A model generated the notes under the pieces. That model was given only the letters and a program-made list of their open reading frames with translations, ran no database searches and was not told where the DNA came from. A stretch of 64,000 nt of DNA from an uncultured virus (IMG/VR IMGVR_UViG_3300028800_002448) (lineage: Duplodnaviria; Heunggongvirae; Uroviricota; Caudoviricetes): the IMG/VR virus record IMGVR_UViG_3300028800_002448; one strand, given 5' to 3'. This document shows positions 36,065-45,727 of the stretch, in pieces. Positions within the stretch are counted from its first letter, which is position 1; each line of letters begins with the position of its first letter. Both the position numbers and the translations under genes were made by a program.

Positions 36065-36397
36065 TCACAGTCCCCTCTTCAAACGGTTGAGGCCGAACAG
36101 GAGGCCCATGCCGGCGATGGAGCCGACGAAGAAGGGACCGAGGTTGCGATCCTCGCGGCTGAAGGTCGGCTCGCCGGACACGGAGATGCCGGTCTTCTTG
36201 CTGTAGAGCTTGTCGATGACGGCCTTCTCGGCATCTGCGCGGGAGGCGTACTTCAGGCCGAAGATGCTCTTCTCCTTCATGGCCTGATCGACGAGGGCGT
36301 TGGCCTGGGCCTGCGTGACCCACGAGTCGGGCACGTCGCCGCGCTTCGCGCCGGGGTAGTGCGTGTCGATGCCGACGCCGAAGGTGAAGATCTTCAC
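36065..36397 (-). CDS. membrane protein with MKIFTFG tag
   Basis: C-terminal TM; GTG start. Confidence 0.75.
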   Translation of the reverse strand: MKIFTFGVGIDTHYPGAKRGDVPDSWVTQAQANALVDQAMKEKSIFGLKYASRADAEKAVIDKLYSKKTGISVSGEPTFSREDRNLGPFFVGSIAGMGLLFGLNRLKRGL

Positions 36398-37179
36398 GTC
36401 GTCGCTCCTCTCGGCAAGTAGGACTTGAAGCTGCCGACGACGGACGCTGCCGCCGCCACGGCTGCGCCACCGACGAGGACGGGGACGAACCAGGCGGGCA
36501 GTCCGAGGGCCTTCGGGACCTGCTTGGCAGCGTCATGAGCGAGATCGCCGATCTCGTTGATGACCTTGTGAGGGATGCTCGTGACCATCGCGACGTTGGA
36601 CGCCCTCGTTCCGTACGCGCCGACGGCCTTCGCGAGGCTCGTCGACGCGACGTCGTAGGGCGTGACGACGTTCTTCTTGAACTCGTTCGACCACTCGCTG
36701 CCGGGCTTGAGCGGCATCGCGATCACGGGGAGCGTCTCGGGCTTGTCGCGGAGGAGCTTCGCGATCGAGCGAAGCTCCATGAGACGGACTCCTCGATCGC
36801 GAAGGAGCTTCTTCTCGTCATCGAAGAGGACGGGGAGCTGCTTGCCGCTCTTCTGCATGTCGAGGACGGTGAAGAAGGCCTTGTCGACGATCTGGAAAAG
36901 CTCGGATGCTGACAGAGGAGAGTCGAAACGCTTCTCCAGGGCCGCCTTGCTCGTGGCGATGTTGGCGAGCGACTTCCTGGAGGTGATTTCGAGCGACGAT
37001 TGGGCGGACATGATCTCGTCGGGGCCGGAGACGGCAGCCTGTGCTTGTTCGAGGAAGGCGATCGACGGACGTGACGTGAAGAGGCCGGGCGCGCCGCTCC
37101 ACTTGTCGAAGGTGGGCGTCGAGGAGAAGCCAGCGCCGACGGCGTCTTTCTTCGCGTGGCCAAAGCTGAAGATGTTCAT
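36394..37179 (-). CDS. membrane protein with MNIFSFG tag
   Basis: C-terminal TM WFVPVLVGGAAVAAAA; ATG at 37179. Confidence 0.75.
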   Translation of the reverse strand: MNIFSFGHAKKDAVGAGFSSTPTFDKWSGAPGLFTSRPSIAFLEQAQAAVSGPDEIMSAQSSLEITSRKSLANIATSKAALEKRFDSPLSASELFQIVDKAFFTVLDMQKSGKQLPVLFDDEKKLLRDRGVRLMELRSIAKLLRDKPETLPVIAMPLKPGSEWSNEFKKNVVTPYDVASTSLAKAVGAYGTRASNVAMVTSIPHKVINEIGDLAHDAAKQVPKALGLPAWFVPVLVGGAAVAAAASVVGSFKSYLPRGATT

Positions 37180-37373
37180 CTGTGCGCTTTCTTCACCGGG
37201 TTGCCCTTGCCGGAGACGATCATACCGGCGGCGACGCCGAGCCCGAAGAACAACTTCAAGGCGATCGTGTTGGCCATGGTGGCCTGGTTCTCTCCGCCGA
37301 ACACGACTGCCTTGAAGTCCTCGTCCTTTCGGACAGGCAAACGTGCATCCGGATCGTATCCGAAGGAGAACAT
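37176..37373 (-). CDS. small membrane protein with MFSFG tag
   Basis: TM LFFGLGVAAGMIV. Confidence 0.7.
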   Translation of the reverse strand: MFSFGYDPDARLPVRKDEDFKAVVFGGENQATMANTIALKLFFGLGVAAGMIVSGKGNPVKKAHR

Positions 37374-37657
37374 CAGGCGTTACCTGCCCTTCTGAAATGA
37401 GTGAGGCGCAGAAGGAAGTGCGTGAGCACGCCGGCTCCGACGCCGACGACGAGAGAGCGGCCGAGAGCGAACGCACCGTCGTTCGGATCAGGGATGAGGT
37501 TGCGCAGGTGCGTGCGGATCTCTGCCGTGGTGTTGTGCAGCTGGTACTTCTCGGCAAGCTCGTGAGCGTTGGAGAGCTGGGAGACGGACGCACCACCCCG
37601 ACGGGCCGCGACCAGCGCGACCGCAATGGTGGATCTATCTTTCTCCTGCTCGCCCAT
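37373..37657 (-). CDS. small membrane protein
   Basis: C-terminal TM SLVVGVGAGVLTHFLL. Confidence 0.65.
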   Translation of the reverse strand: MGEQEKDRSTIAVALVAARRGGASVSQLSNAHELAEKYQLHNTTAEIRTHLRNLIPDPNDGAFALGRSLVVGVGAGVLTHFLLRLTHFRRAGNA

Positions 37658-37666
37658 GGTGATGTG

Positions 37667-37903
37667 TCAGCGAGCCTTGGTGACGGAGTGGGTCTTGACC
37701 CAGGCGTAGGCGGAGCCGGCCAAGATGAGGCCGAAGGCGATGCCCGCGCCCTGGCTGATGCCGTCGGTGAGGCTGCCGCCGACGACGTCATCTCCCGCCG
37801 AGATGAACTTGAGGGGCTTCTTTCCCGGGACGGACGGGACGAATGTGTTGCCGACGATGTTCGTGCGCTCTTCGCCGGAGCATCCGAAGCTGAAGATCTT
37901 CAT
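37667..37903 (-). CDS. small membrane protein with MKIFSFG tag
   Basis: TM GAGIAFGLILAGSAYAWV; SD AAGGA. Confidence 0.75.
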   Translation of the reverse strand: MKIFSFGCSGEERTNIVGNTFVPSVPGKKPLKFISAGDDVVGGSLTDGISQGAGIAFGLILAGSAYAWVKTHSVTKAR

Positions 37904-37933
37904 GATCGTGTGTTCCTTTTTGGTGTTGATGGA

Positions 37934-38554
37934 TCAAGCCGCGCTGAGGCGATGGCGTTTGTGTGCGTTGCGGATCGCGAGGAAGAAGCTTGCGATCGTG
38001 CCGCCGACGAAGAAGAGGAGTTGAGGTCTCCAATCCTTCTTGGGTTCGAACGCGCTCGGGTGGACCGAAGCGATCCGGGCTTTGGCGGGAGCGGCGTGAT
38101 CTTTGGCTGCGATCGTTGCAGCGGCGACAGGGACGGCCGGTTTGATCGCTCGAACGACGGGCTTCCCTGCGGCGGGTGGTGCGGGCGGGCTCTGCTTGGC
38201 CATGGCGTCCTGGATGACGGTCACGTTGTGCGCGACCTTCTCGACGAAGGCGTTCGTGATCGGATTGACGGCTTCCCAGGCGCTGGACTTCTGATAGTCG
38301 TGCGCGAGCCATTCCAAGGCCATCTTTCGATCTCCGCCGAGGGCGCCGTCGGGAAACTGCGCGGCTGCGAGCTTGAGCGCAGCGTAGGCGAACTTCGTCT
38401 GGATGCCGAGCTTGGGCGCGAGCGCATCGACGGCGTAGGCGCCGTTACCTTCGGCCGTCGGCTTCTGGTAGTAGAGGTCGTAGGCGAGAGTCTTGAGATG
38501 GTCGGCAGGGACCTTCGTCGTGAGGAGGATCTGCCAGAGCTGGGGGCCGGTCAT
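37934..38554 (-). CDS. C-terminally membrane-anchored protein
   Basis: Ala/Pro linker then TM LLFFVGGTIASFFLAI. Confidence 0.7.
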   Translation of the reverse strand: MTGPQLWQILLTTKVPADHLKTLAYDLYYQKPTAEGNGAYAVDALAPKLGIQTKFAYAALKLAAAQFPDGALGGDRKMALEWLAHDYQKSSAWEAVNPITNAFVEKVAHNVTVIQDAMAKQSPPAPPAAGKPVVRAIKPAVPVAAATIAAKDHAAPAKARIASVHPSAFEPKKDWRPQLLFFVGGTIASFFLAIRNAHKRHRLSAA

Positions 38555-38578
38555 GATGAAAGAGGATCCTTTCGTCGT

Positions 38579-39235
38579 CTATCGATCGCTGTAGTACATG
38601 GCGGGCACGGGCTTGGCGGGTGCGACGTACTTCTTGCGCGCGTTCTCCGCCATCGAGACGTAGAGCATGCCGTGCGGCTGTGCCTTGCTGACCGCCGGTT
38701 GGCCGTGCGCGAGCCGGCGCTTGATGGCGTACTCGCCTTGGTTGTAGGCGGCGGCCACGAGATCGAAGTTGCCTTCGAACTGGTTGTGCAGTCGTCCGAG
38801 CTGCCAGGCGGTGAGCATCAGGTTGAGGTCGGGGTCGAGCAGCGCAGAAGGATCTCCATGCCACTTCTTCGTGACCGCCTTGATCTGAGGGAACTTGTCT
38901 CCGTAGATCCGGCGGATCTTCTTGATCTTCTCGTCGGCCTCGTCGAGCATCTGTTGGCCGAGGCCCCAAGCGCCGCCCTTGTCGAAGCGGGCCATGTTGA
39001 CCTGCTTGGGGTTGTGGGCGGACTCGATGTCGACGATCGACATGATGGTCGGCACGGGGACTTGAAAGACGGGCGCCCACTTGCGTGCGACCGCTTCCGT
39101 CTTGTCTGGTGCCCAACGTGGCTGCGGAGATCTCTTCGGGGCCTGCCGATGGAGAGCGGGGATCCGTGCATCCCGGTTGACGTTGCTCTCACCGATGGCG
39201 TCCCTGTGCGCATAGCCGTATGAGACGAGGCTCAT
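38579..39235 (-). CDS. SLT-family lytic transglycosylase
   Basis: IVDIESAHNP (catalytic Glu-Ser), AWGLGQ, LLDPDLN, AAAYNQG. Confidence 0.9.
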   Translation of the reverse strand: MSLVSYGYAHRDAIGESNVNRDARIPALHRQAPKRSPQPRWAPDKTEAVARKWAPVFQVPVPTIMSIVDIESAHNPKQVNMARFDKGGAWGLGQQMLDEADEKIKKIRRIYGDKFPQIKAVTKKWHGDPSALLDPDLNLMLTAWQLGRLHNQFEGNFDLVAAAYNQGEYAIKRRLAHGQPAVSKAQPHGMLYVSMAENARKKYVAPAKPVPAMYYSDR

Positions 39236-39391
39236 TCTCCGGCCCTTTCATCTGCGCTTGAGGGTGCTTTTTCCAAGGCTTTCTCCTTCGGGCGCGTAGG
39301 TGCGCCTTCGGCGGCCTTGGGGGCTCGGTCTCGGATCTTATCCCGGGAGCCTATCTTCTTGCAACTAAACGGGATGGGGTTCCCGACGGTG

Positions 39392-40096
39392 CTATGCGGT
39401 TGCTATCGGTCTCCAGAAGCGAAGTCGCATGGGGTCGACGCCGGGCATGTACCACTCTTCGAGGCCGGCCTTCCGGCGATCTTCGCTGATCTGCTCGGGC
39501 GTCCTCTTGTAGCCTGGCAAGCCCTTCTTGAGGCCTTCGATCTGGACGAAAGGGGAGTCGAACTGTATTGCGCCGCCGGTAGTGTCGCGGAGCCTGCCGT
39601 CCAGCACGCCCTCGGCGATGTTGATGTCTTCGAGCGTGGGAGGCTCGCTGGTTGAGGCGTAGCGGCCAAGCTGCCCACCGAAGGACCTGTCGGGACCTGC
39701 TCCTTGGGTGATGGCGTCCTCGACGTCCGTGATCTTCTTGTAGTGGGCGTAGTTGACGGCTGCGTTCGCGATGGCAGCCTTGACGTGTGGCGGATCGTTG
39801 GGTTGTTCGGACGCGATCATGGTCGCGAGCGCGACGACGTCGGAAGAGACGGGACGACCGATCTTCTTCTCGATTTGATTTCTAATTTCGCTCGGCGTCT
39901 CCATGACCTGAACGCGAAAGAGCGTCTTTCCGCGATGATTGACGTACGGGACCTGGACGTGGTGGAACGTCAGGAGCGGCGCGAGCAAGCCTCTGCGTCG
40001 GTGCTTGAGCAGCGACAGGGGAGCGTCTTCAGAGGAGGTGAGGGCGGCTCCGATCCCGAGGCCGATGAGGGCCGCTATGGCGATGAGGGCGCCCAT
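39392..40096 (-). CDS. membrane-anchored SleB/Hydrolase_2-like cell wall hydrolase
   Basis: N-terminal TM; LATMIASE..AAIANAAVN..AEGVLDG..DTTGGAIQF. Confidence 0.72.
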   Translation of the reverse strand: MGALIAIAALIGLGIGAALTSSEDAPLSLLKHRRRGLLAPLLTFHHVQVPYVNHRGKTLFRVQVMETPSEIRNQIEKKIGRPVSSDVVALATMIASEQPNDPPHVKAAIANAAVNYAHYKKITDVEDAITQGAGPDRSFGGQLGRYASTSEPPTLEDINIAEGVLDGRLRDTTGGAIQFDSPFVQIEGLKKGLPGYKRTPEQISEDRRKAGLEEWYMPGVDPMRLRFWRPIATA

Positions 40097-40125
40097 GACT
40101 CAGTGCGTCCTTCGGTCGAAAAAAT

Positions 40126-40158
40126 TATCTTGCTTAAGATAAAAAGAAAAAGTACGAT
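40126..40158 (+). promoter_or_regulatory. sigma70-like promoter with TATCTT-N4-AAGATA operator
   Basis: TATCTTGCTTAAGATA (40126-40141); TTGCTT-N17-TACGAT. Confidence 0.72.
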
Positions 40159-40180
40159 AGGTATCAGTAGGAGACATCAC

Positions 40181-40567
40181 ATGAAGACCCAGCTCAGCCT
40201 CTTGATCGTGACGCTTCTTCTCGCGACGGCCGTCGGGTGCGACGGGACGGACGGCGGGAACAACGACGGCATGATCATGACCGTGGACACCGGCAGCACT
40301 GATGGAGCGTCTCAAACGACGGATGGTTCCGTTCCGGTTGCTTCGTGCGTGGGAGTGGCCGACGGTACAGCTTGTGGAGTTCCGAGCTGCACGACGTTGG
40401 CGGCGAACGAGGGGCCCTACGCTTACGAGACCAGCTACGTACTTTCTTACGGCGGTTGCTTTTCTGGCAACTGCATCCTGCGCAAGAGGATCCAATGTGG
40501 AGGGTCTGGTGGCGACACTCTCCATCATCCTTGCGCGATGACTTCGACAGGTCCTGTCTGTCAATAG
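40181..40567 (+). CDS. Cys-rich lipoprotein (moron-like, opposite strand)
   Basis: signal peptide with lipobox AVGC; DGG/TDG linker; CVGVADGTACG and further Cys; SD AGGAG. Confidence 0.8.
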   Translation: MKTQLSLLIVTLLLATAVGCDGTDGGNNDGMIMTVDTGSTDGASQTTDGSVPVASCVGVADGTACGVPSCTTLAANEGPYAYETSYVLSYGGCFSGNCILRKRIQCGGSGGDTLHHPCAMTSTGPVCQ

Positions 40568-40577
40568 ACGGATCTCT

Positions 40578-41459
40578 CTAGAAGTTGCCGATGTCGAATA
40601 CGGCGGCGACGCCGTTGATGGGTCCGCCGCTCGTGTTTTCGATGGAGACGATGTTGACGTCTCCTGAAAATTGTCTGTAACCATCGCTGCCAGCAGGGAC
40701 CTGGTACGTGGATGCGTATCCCCATGGCGTGCAGAGGGCGACATTGATCTGCGGAGAGGGAATGAAAGGGGGAGCGACGAAGAGCGAGGGGATCGGTCCG
40801 ATCATGAACCGCACGCCCGTCGCGAACGGAGGAACGTCGCAGACGAGCGTGCTCCCGTTGGGGAAGGGAACGCCGAAAGAGGGCGCGAGGTACACGGTCC
40901 TCGTTGGAGCAACGGCTCCGAAGACGGCGTTGTATGAGGCGTGCGCAAAGACGGTCGGATCGGTGCCGTCGAGGTTGCCGATGACGTTGGGCAGCGAGAC
41001 CTGGATGAAACCGGCGTTGGCGTCGTTCCTCGCGTAGACGCGGATGGAGCCGGCGGGCACGCTGAGAGAGACTCCGGAGTTCTTGAAGAAGAGGGGGATG
41101 TTGGTGGGCGTTCCGGTGAAGAAGGTCGCGAGGCAGTCGGGAGGTGGTATGTCGAACTCGACGGTGCTGATCGCGCCGCCGTTGCCGAACTCGATGAGCC
41201 CTCTGACCGGGCCGGTCGTGATGAACCCTGACGGGACCGACTGTTGTGACATCGTGACGGTGATGACACGGCCTTCCTTCGAGTCGGCGTGAAGGTCGAG
41301 GATTCTGACGAGGTTTCCCGGCAGACCTGCTTGGGGATTCGGAGAGACGATGAAGCTCGCGCCAGCGTTCAGCTCGGCGCCGTCGAGCAGCTGGCGTCCT
41401 TCGTTGCTCTGGCTGAGAGGGCGTCCCGATCTGACAACCCTGATTCCGTCGTTGCTCAA
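40578..41459 (-). CDS. beta-rich putative virion structural protein
   Basis: alternating beta-strand pattern throughout; TTG start after GGAG (start uncertain). Confidence 0.65.
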   Translation of the reverse strand: MSNDGIRVVRSGRPLSQSNEGRQLLDGAELNAGASFIVSPNPQAGLPGNLVRILDLHADSKEGRVITVTMSQQSVPSGFITTGPVRGLIEFGNGGAISTVEFDIPPPDCLATFFTGTPTNIPLFFKNSGVSLSVPAGSIRVYARNDANAGFIQVSLPNVIGNLDGTDPTVFAHASYNAVFGAVAPTRTVYLAPSFGVPFPNGSTLVCDVPPFATGVRFMIGPIPSLFVAPPFIPSPQINVALCTPWGYASTYQVPAGSDGYRQFSGDVNIVSIENTSGGPINGVAAVFDIGNF

Positions 41460-41478
41460 GAGATCTCCGATCTGTTTC

Positions 41479-41703
41479 TCAGGCGGCCTGGGTCTTCTGG
41501 CTGCTGCGACGGTTGTGGGCGGTGACGGCGGTCCAGATCTGCTTCCTCTTGATCTTCTGCGAGAGGGCATGCATCTGGACCTGCTCCTCTTCGATGGGCG
41601 ACGAGATGGTGAGAAGCTGCTGCCGAAGCTGGAGCAGACCGACGTTCGTGTCCGACTCCAGCTTCAGCTGCCTGCTGAAGAACGAGATCACCTCATCGCT
41701 CAT
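41479..41703 (-). CDS. hypothetical protein
   Basis: RBS GAGGGG. Confidence 0.55.
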   Translation of the reverse strand: MSDEVISFFSRQLKLESDTNVGLLQLRQQLLTISSPIEEEQVQMHALSQKIKRKQIWTAVTAHNRRSSQKTQAA

Positions 41704-41758
41704 CTAAGTCCCCCTCTGCCCTGTTTCCCTGTGGCCTGTGAAACCCTCTTCGTTCTTC

Positions 41759-44700
41759 CTAGAGCGGCGTGCCGAACGAGATGATCTTGAAGTACGACTC
41801 TGGCAGGAAGAAGTCCGGGACGGCCTTCGGCCGGTCGGCGTTGGCGAACTCGACGGCGCGGCGCTGCTGGACCCTTTGGCGCATCTTGTAGTTCTTGCCG
41901 CCCTTCGCGGTGCCGACGGCGGCGGCGAGGACCGCCGCCTTCTGGGCTGCGGGAGCGTAACCCGACTTCATGTCGGCAGCGACGGAGGCCATCTGACGCT
42001 TGGCCGACGGGTCGCCCTTCTGAGCGGCCTTGTAGACCTTCGAAGCCTCGATCAGCTCCTTCTTGGCCTGCGGGTCACCGGACTTCGCGGCGGCGATGAC
42101 CGATGCGGCGACCATCGGCGGGACGCCGAAGGTGTTCGAAGCGGCCGTCAGCGCCACGAGGACGTCCGGGGGGACGCCCGGGATGGGCGGCGGGATGTTG
42201 CCGTTGTCGACGACCTTCTTGCTCTTGGGCATGATCTTCGGAGCGTCGGCGCCGACGGTGATGATGCCGCCCTTGCCGGGCTGCCACTTCGAGAACAGGC
42301 CCGTCGCCGGGCCGCCGATCTTGAGCGTGCGGTGGAAGACGGCGAGCGCGATGTTGGCGCGCTTGCGCTTGATCTTCGCGTCGACGTGCAGAGCGTCGAG
42401 ACGCTGGTGATCGGCCAGGGCGCCGGCCTTGATGGTGGCGTTCTGGTGGATGGCCTTCTTGTTGCCGTTCTTCGCGGCGATCTGAATGCCCTTCACCTTC
42501 TTCGCGACGGCAGGATCGACGCGGGCCTTGCGAGCCACGCTCGCGCCGGTGCGCAGGCGCTGGCCCTGGGGCGTGTTCGTGGTGGCGACCTTGGCGTTGT
42601 CGCCGACGAAGTGCTTGGGCACCCGACGAAGCGGGAGCCAGCCGGAGATGGCGCTCGGGTCGACGACGTTCGCGTTGGCCTGGGCCTGTGCGGCGACCTG
42701 CTCGGCTGCCGTCGCAGCTGCTTCGGTCTCCTCGGCCTGCTCCTGCGCGTCGGCCGCGTCCTGCGCCTGCTGCTGGGCGTAGATCGCGTCCTCCTGCGCC
42801 TTGTTGGCTGCGTTGATGCGCTGCTGAGCGGCGGCTTGACGCTTGGCCGCCGCGGCGAAGGCTGCCGCCTGCTGCTGCTGGGGCGACGCGCTGCCGTGGC
42901 TGCGGAACGGGTACGTCACGCCCTGGACGACCTTCTTGCCGAGCCAGTAGGTGGCCTTGAGCGGCGCGGTCGCGATCGACTCGACCGTGTTCAAGAGCGA
43001 GAAGCCCATGAACGAGTCGCCGCTGACGACCGTGGCGCCGTTGGCGCCGAGCCACGACTTGATGACGCTCCTCGCGAGCGTGGCATCGGCGGCGGCCGGC
43101 TTCTGCTTGGTCGTGCCCATCATGTGCTTGAGCAGGCCGGCGGCGACCGTGTCGACGTCCTTGGAGGACCACTGCTGCTTGCTGGCGAGGCCGCTCTTCT
43201 GCGCGAGGAGCCCGAGGTTTTTGCCGTGGCGGGCGACGAGCTGACCCATGAGCTGCTGGTCGGCGGCGCCGTCGCCGATGAAGCTTCCTCCGACGAACGC
43301 TCCGCGACCGGAGACGATCGAGCTGACGGGAACACCCTTCCATCCGCCGGGCGTCGTGGACGTCGCGAGGCTGGTCTGCGAGCCGGCCTGACCGCGACGG
43401 TGACGACGACGGCGGCGATGGCCCTGCTGACCCTGCTGGCCGTACTGGGCCTGCGGGTAGGAGGTCTGGCCGTACTGGCCGTAGGACGTCGGTGACGTCG
43501 ACACGGGAGGGTAGCTCGGGTACGTCGGCGCGGGCGTCGAGTACGGCGAGTACGGGACCGTGTAGGGCGCCGAGTAGGACGAGTACGGCGGCGTGTAGGG
43601 AGCCGTCAGCGGCTGGCCGGTCGTCGGATCGTAGCCGTAGGGAGCGGAGACCGGGATCGTGCTGACGGTCTGGCCGGCGGCGATGCCGGGGCCGTCGAAG
43701 TACGTCACGTCGGCGCCGAGCAAGCCGTGCATGCTGGAGCGACGGAGGTTGCCCCTGCGAGCGCCCGTCGTTGGCATGTACGTCGGGTCGATCGTCGACA
43801 TGACCGTGGAGTCGACGAGGCCCTTCTCCCACGGAGTGGCGGCGTAGCCGACGAAGTGCGTGCCCGTCGGACGCTTGTGGCCGTGCTTGCGCGTGCGGTT
43901 GCGGTAGAGCTGGCCGTCGGCGCCGACGAAGACGCCCGACACTCCACCCTTGTTGGAGGTGCTCTTCTTGAGCGCGCCCGTGGTGGGATCGACGGTCGAG
44001 TCGATGGTGCTCATGCTGGTCGGATCGACGAGCCCCTTCTCCCACGGAGACGAGCCCCAGCCCTTGATGGCGCTCTTGAGGTGCGTGCCGCGCTTGTGCG
44101 TGCGCTTGCGGTAGAGGTTGCCGTCAGCGCCGACGAAGACGCCCGACACTCCACCCTTGTTGGCCGTGCTCCTCTTGAGCGCGCCCGTCGTGGGATCGAC
44201 GGTCGAGTCGATCGTGCTCATGCTGGTCGGATCGACGAGGCCCTTCTCCCAAGGAGACGAGCCCCAGCCGCTGACCTTGTTCTTGCGATGACGCTTGCGA
44301 CGGTAGAGGTTGCCGTCGGCGCCGACGAAGACGCCCTTCATGGAGGTGCTCTTCTTGAGCGCGCCCGTGGTGGGATCGACGGTCGAGTCGATCGTGCTCA
44401 TGCTGGTCGGATCGACGAGCCCCTTCTCCCACGGAGACGAGCCCCAGCCCCTGACGGCGTTGCTTCGCTTGCGCGCGCCCGTCGTGGGAGCGATCGTCGA
44501 GTCGATCGTGCTGAAGGAGGTGGTGGTGCCGAGGCCCTTTTCCCACGGGGTGGGGTTGTAGCCGACGAAGTGGCTGTTCGAGCGTCCCACGAAGTTTCCC
44601 TTCACGTTGGTTCTCCTTCTTGCTCCGGTGGTGCGCATGATGGTCGGGTCGGCCGTCCTGAAGGACGTCGAGAATTCGAGGCTCTTCTCCCAAGGGGAGG

Positions 44701-45688
44701 CGAGAGCACCGGAGACGTTGCCCTTCGAACCCTTCTGGTTCTTCGACGTCGCGAGGGTCACGTCTTCGGGAGCGTTGGGTGCGGCGACGACGAGCTTTCC
44801 ACCATGGACCTCGTACACCTTGCCGCTCGCGCCTTGGAACGCGATGTCCTGGCGCTCGAAGAAAGAGAGGAGCCACACCTTGGCGGCGTACTGGCCCTGG
44901 CCCATGACGCGCGTGACGATGTCGAGAGCCTTCGTTGCCGGCGCGACGTCGTTGCTCCAGGTCGATCCGGACTGGATCGGGTAGCCGGCCTTGGAGAGGG
45001 CGCCGAGGATCTTCTTGTCGAGGCGCGGGTTGGCTCCGGGAGCGACGTCGCCTGAGACGGCGGCTGCGGGAGCTGCGGGAGCTGCGGCCGACGTTGCATC
45101 AGCGACGGCGGGAGCTGCATCTTCCATCGGCTTGCCGGCGATGCCTCGCTCGTACTTCTCGATCTCCGCTTCCTTCTTGCGAGCGTTCTCGGTCGCGGTG
45201 TACGCCTGCTTCGCGAGGTCGAGATCCTGCTGGTTCTGCGCGTCGTGGTATCCACCCTCGTGCAGGGCCTGCGTGAGCTTCTTCTCGCGGTCGGACTTGA
45301 TCCAGTAGGCTGGATTCATCTTGTAGAGCCACGGCTTCGAAGGGCCGCTCGAAAGCGCGGAGGCCCCTTTGTAGATGCCGTAGCCCGCGAGCGCCGCGAG
45401 GGGGATTCCGAGCGCGAGGGCGGCAGCGTTCTGGTCGGCGGTGTCGCCGCCGAGCGTGGCGAAGTTGACCTCGGGGCCGGCGACGATCTGCTCGTCATCG
45501 CCGAGCGTGGCGAAGTTGACCTCGGGGCCGGCGACGATCTGAGTGTCTTCTCCCATGAGGTGGGTACCCATCAGGTGCGCGCCGAGCGAGGACGTCTTCC
45601 TGCTCATGAGGTCGAGAACCTTGTTCTCGTAGCCGGCGTCAGCGTCGACGCCATGCATTTCATCTGTGCCCCCAAGCTTGTCTCTCAT
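41759..45688 (-). CDS. giant repeat-containing putative virion core polyprotein (1309 aa)
   Basis: six PWEK..TTGA repeats, 8 FVG motifs, basic Arg/His patches, one TM-like segment; SD GAGGAG. Confidence 0.8.
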   Translation of the reverse strand: MRDKLGGTDEMHGVDADAGYENKVLDLMSRKTSSLGAHLMGTHLMGEDTQIVAGPEVNFATLGDDEQIVAGPEVNFATLGGDTADQNAAALALGIPLAALAGYGIYKGASALSSGPSKPWLYKMNPAYWIKSDREKKLTQALHEGGYHDAQNQQDLDLAKQAYTATENARKKEAEIEKYERGIAGKPMEDAAPAVADATSAAAPAAPAAAVSGDVAPGANPRLDKKILGALSKAGYPIQSGSTWSNDVAPATKALDIVTRVMGQGQYAAKVWLLSFFERQDIAFQGASGKVYEVHGGKLVVAAPNAPEDVTLATSKNQKGSKGNVSGALASPWEKSLEFSTSFRTADPTIMRTTGARRRTNVKGNFVGRSNSHFVGYNPTPWEKGLGTTTSFSTIDSTIAPTTGARKRSNAVRGWGSSPWEKGLVDPTSMSTIDSTVDPTTGALKKSTSMKGVFVGADGNLYRRKRHRKNKVSGWGSSPWEKGLVDPTSMSTIDSTVDPTTGALKRSTANKGGVSGVFVGADGNLYRKRTHKRGTHLKSAIKGWGSSPWEKGLVDPTSMSTIDSTVDPTTGALKKSTSNKGGVSGVFVGADGQLYRNRTRKHGHKRPTGTHFVGYAATPWEKGLVDSTVMSTIDPTYMPTTGARRGNLRRSSMHGLLGADVTYFDGPGIAAGQTVSTIPVSAPYGYDPTTGQPLTAPYTPPYSSYSAPYTVPYSPYSTPAPTYPSYPPVSTSPTSYGQYGQTSYPQAQYGQQGQQGHRRRRRHRRGQAGSQTSLATSTTPGGWKGVPVSSIVSGRGAFVGGSFIGDGAADQQLMGQLVARHGKNLGLLAQKSGLASKQQWSSKDVDTVAAGLLKHMMGTTKQKPAAADATLARSVIKSWLGANGATVVSGDSFMGFSLLNTVESIATAPLKATYWLGKKVVQGVTYPFRSHGSASPQQQQAAAFAAAAKRQAAAQQRINAANKAQEDAIYAQQQAQDAADAQEQAEETEAAATAAEQVAAQAQANANVVDPSAISGWLPLRRVPKHFVGDNAKVATTNTPQGQRLRTGASVARKARVDPAVAKKVKGIQIAAKNGNKKAIHQNATIKAGALADHQRLDALHVDAKIKRKRANIALAVFHRTLKIGGPATGLFSKWQPGKGGIITVGADAPKIMPKSKKVVDNGNIPPPIPGVPPDVLVALTAASNTFGVPPMVAASVIAAAKSGDPQAKKELIEASKVYKAAQKGDPSAKRQMASVAADMKSGYAPAAQKAAVLAAAVGTAKGGKNYKMRQRVQQRRAVEFANADRPKAVPDFFLPESYFKIISFGTPL
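43750..44705 (-). repeat. intragenic tandem repeats encoding six SPWEKGLVDPTSMSTIDSTVDPTTGA-like units
   Basis: near-identical DNA blocks at ~43975-44060, 44180-44270 and 44355-44450, with diverged flanking copies. Confidence 0.85.
45449..45541 (-). repeat. 51-bp-period direct repeat (QIVAGPEVNFATLG x2)
   Basis: GCCGAGCGTGGCGAAGTTGACCTCGGGGCCGGCGACGATCTG occurs twice. Confidence 0.9.
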
Positions 45689-45727
45689 GACGTGAGTCTC
45701 CTCTGCACATTCAAAAAGGATGAAGGT

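Noticed and set aside
37343..43495. Long plus-strand ORFs (37343-39223, 41738-43495 and many similar)
   Set aside because: Antisense shadows of high-GC minus-strand genes, with no RBS or motif support
43750..44705. CRISPR array
   Set aside because: The repeats are long, in frame within a CDS, lack unique equal-length spacers, and no cas genes are present
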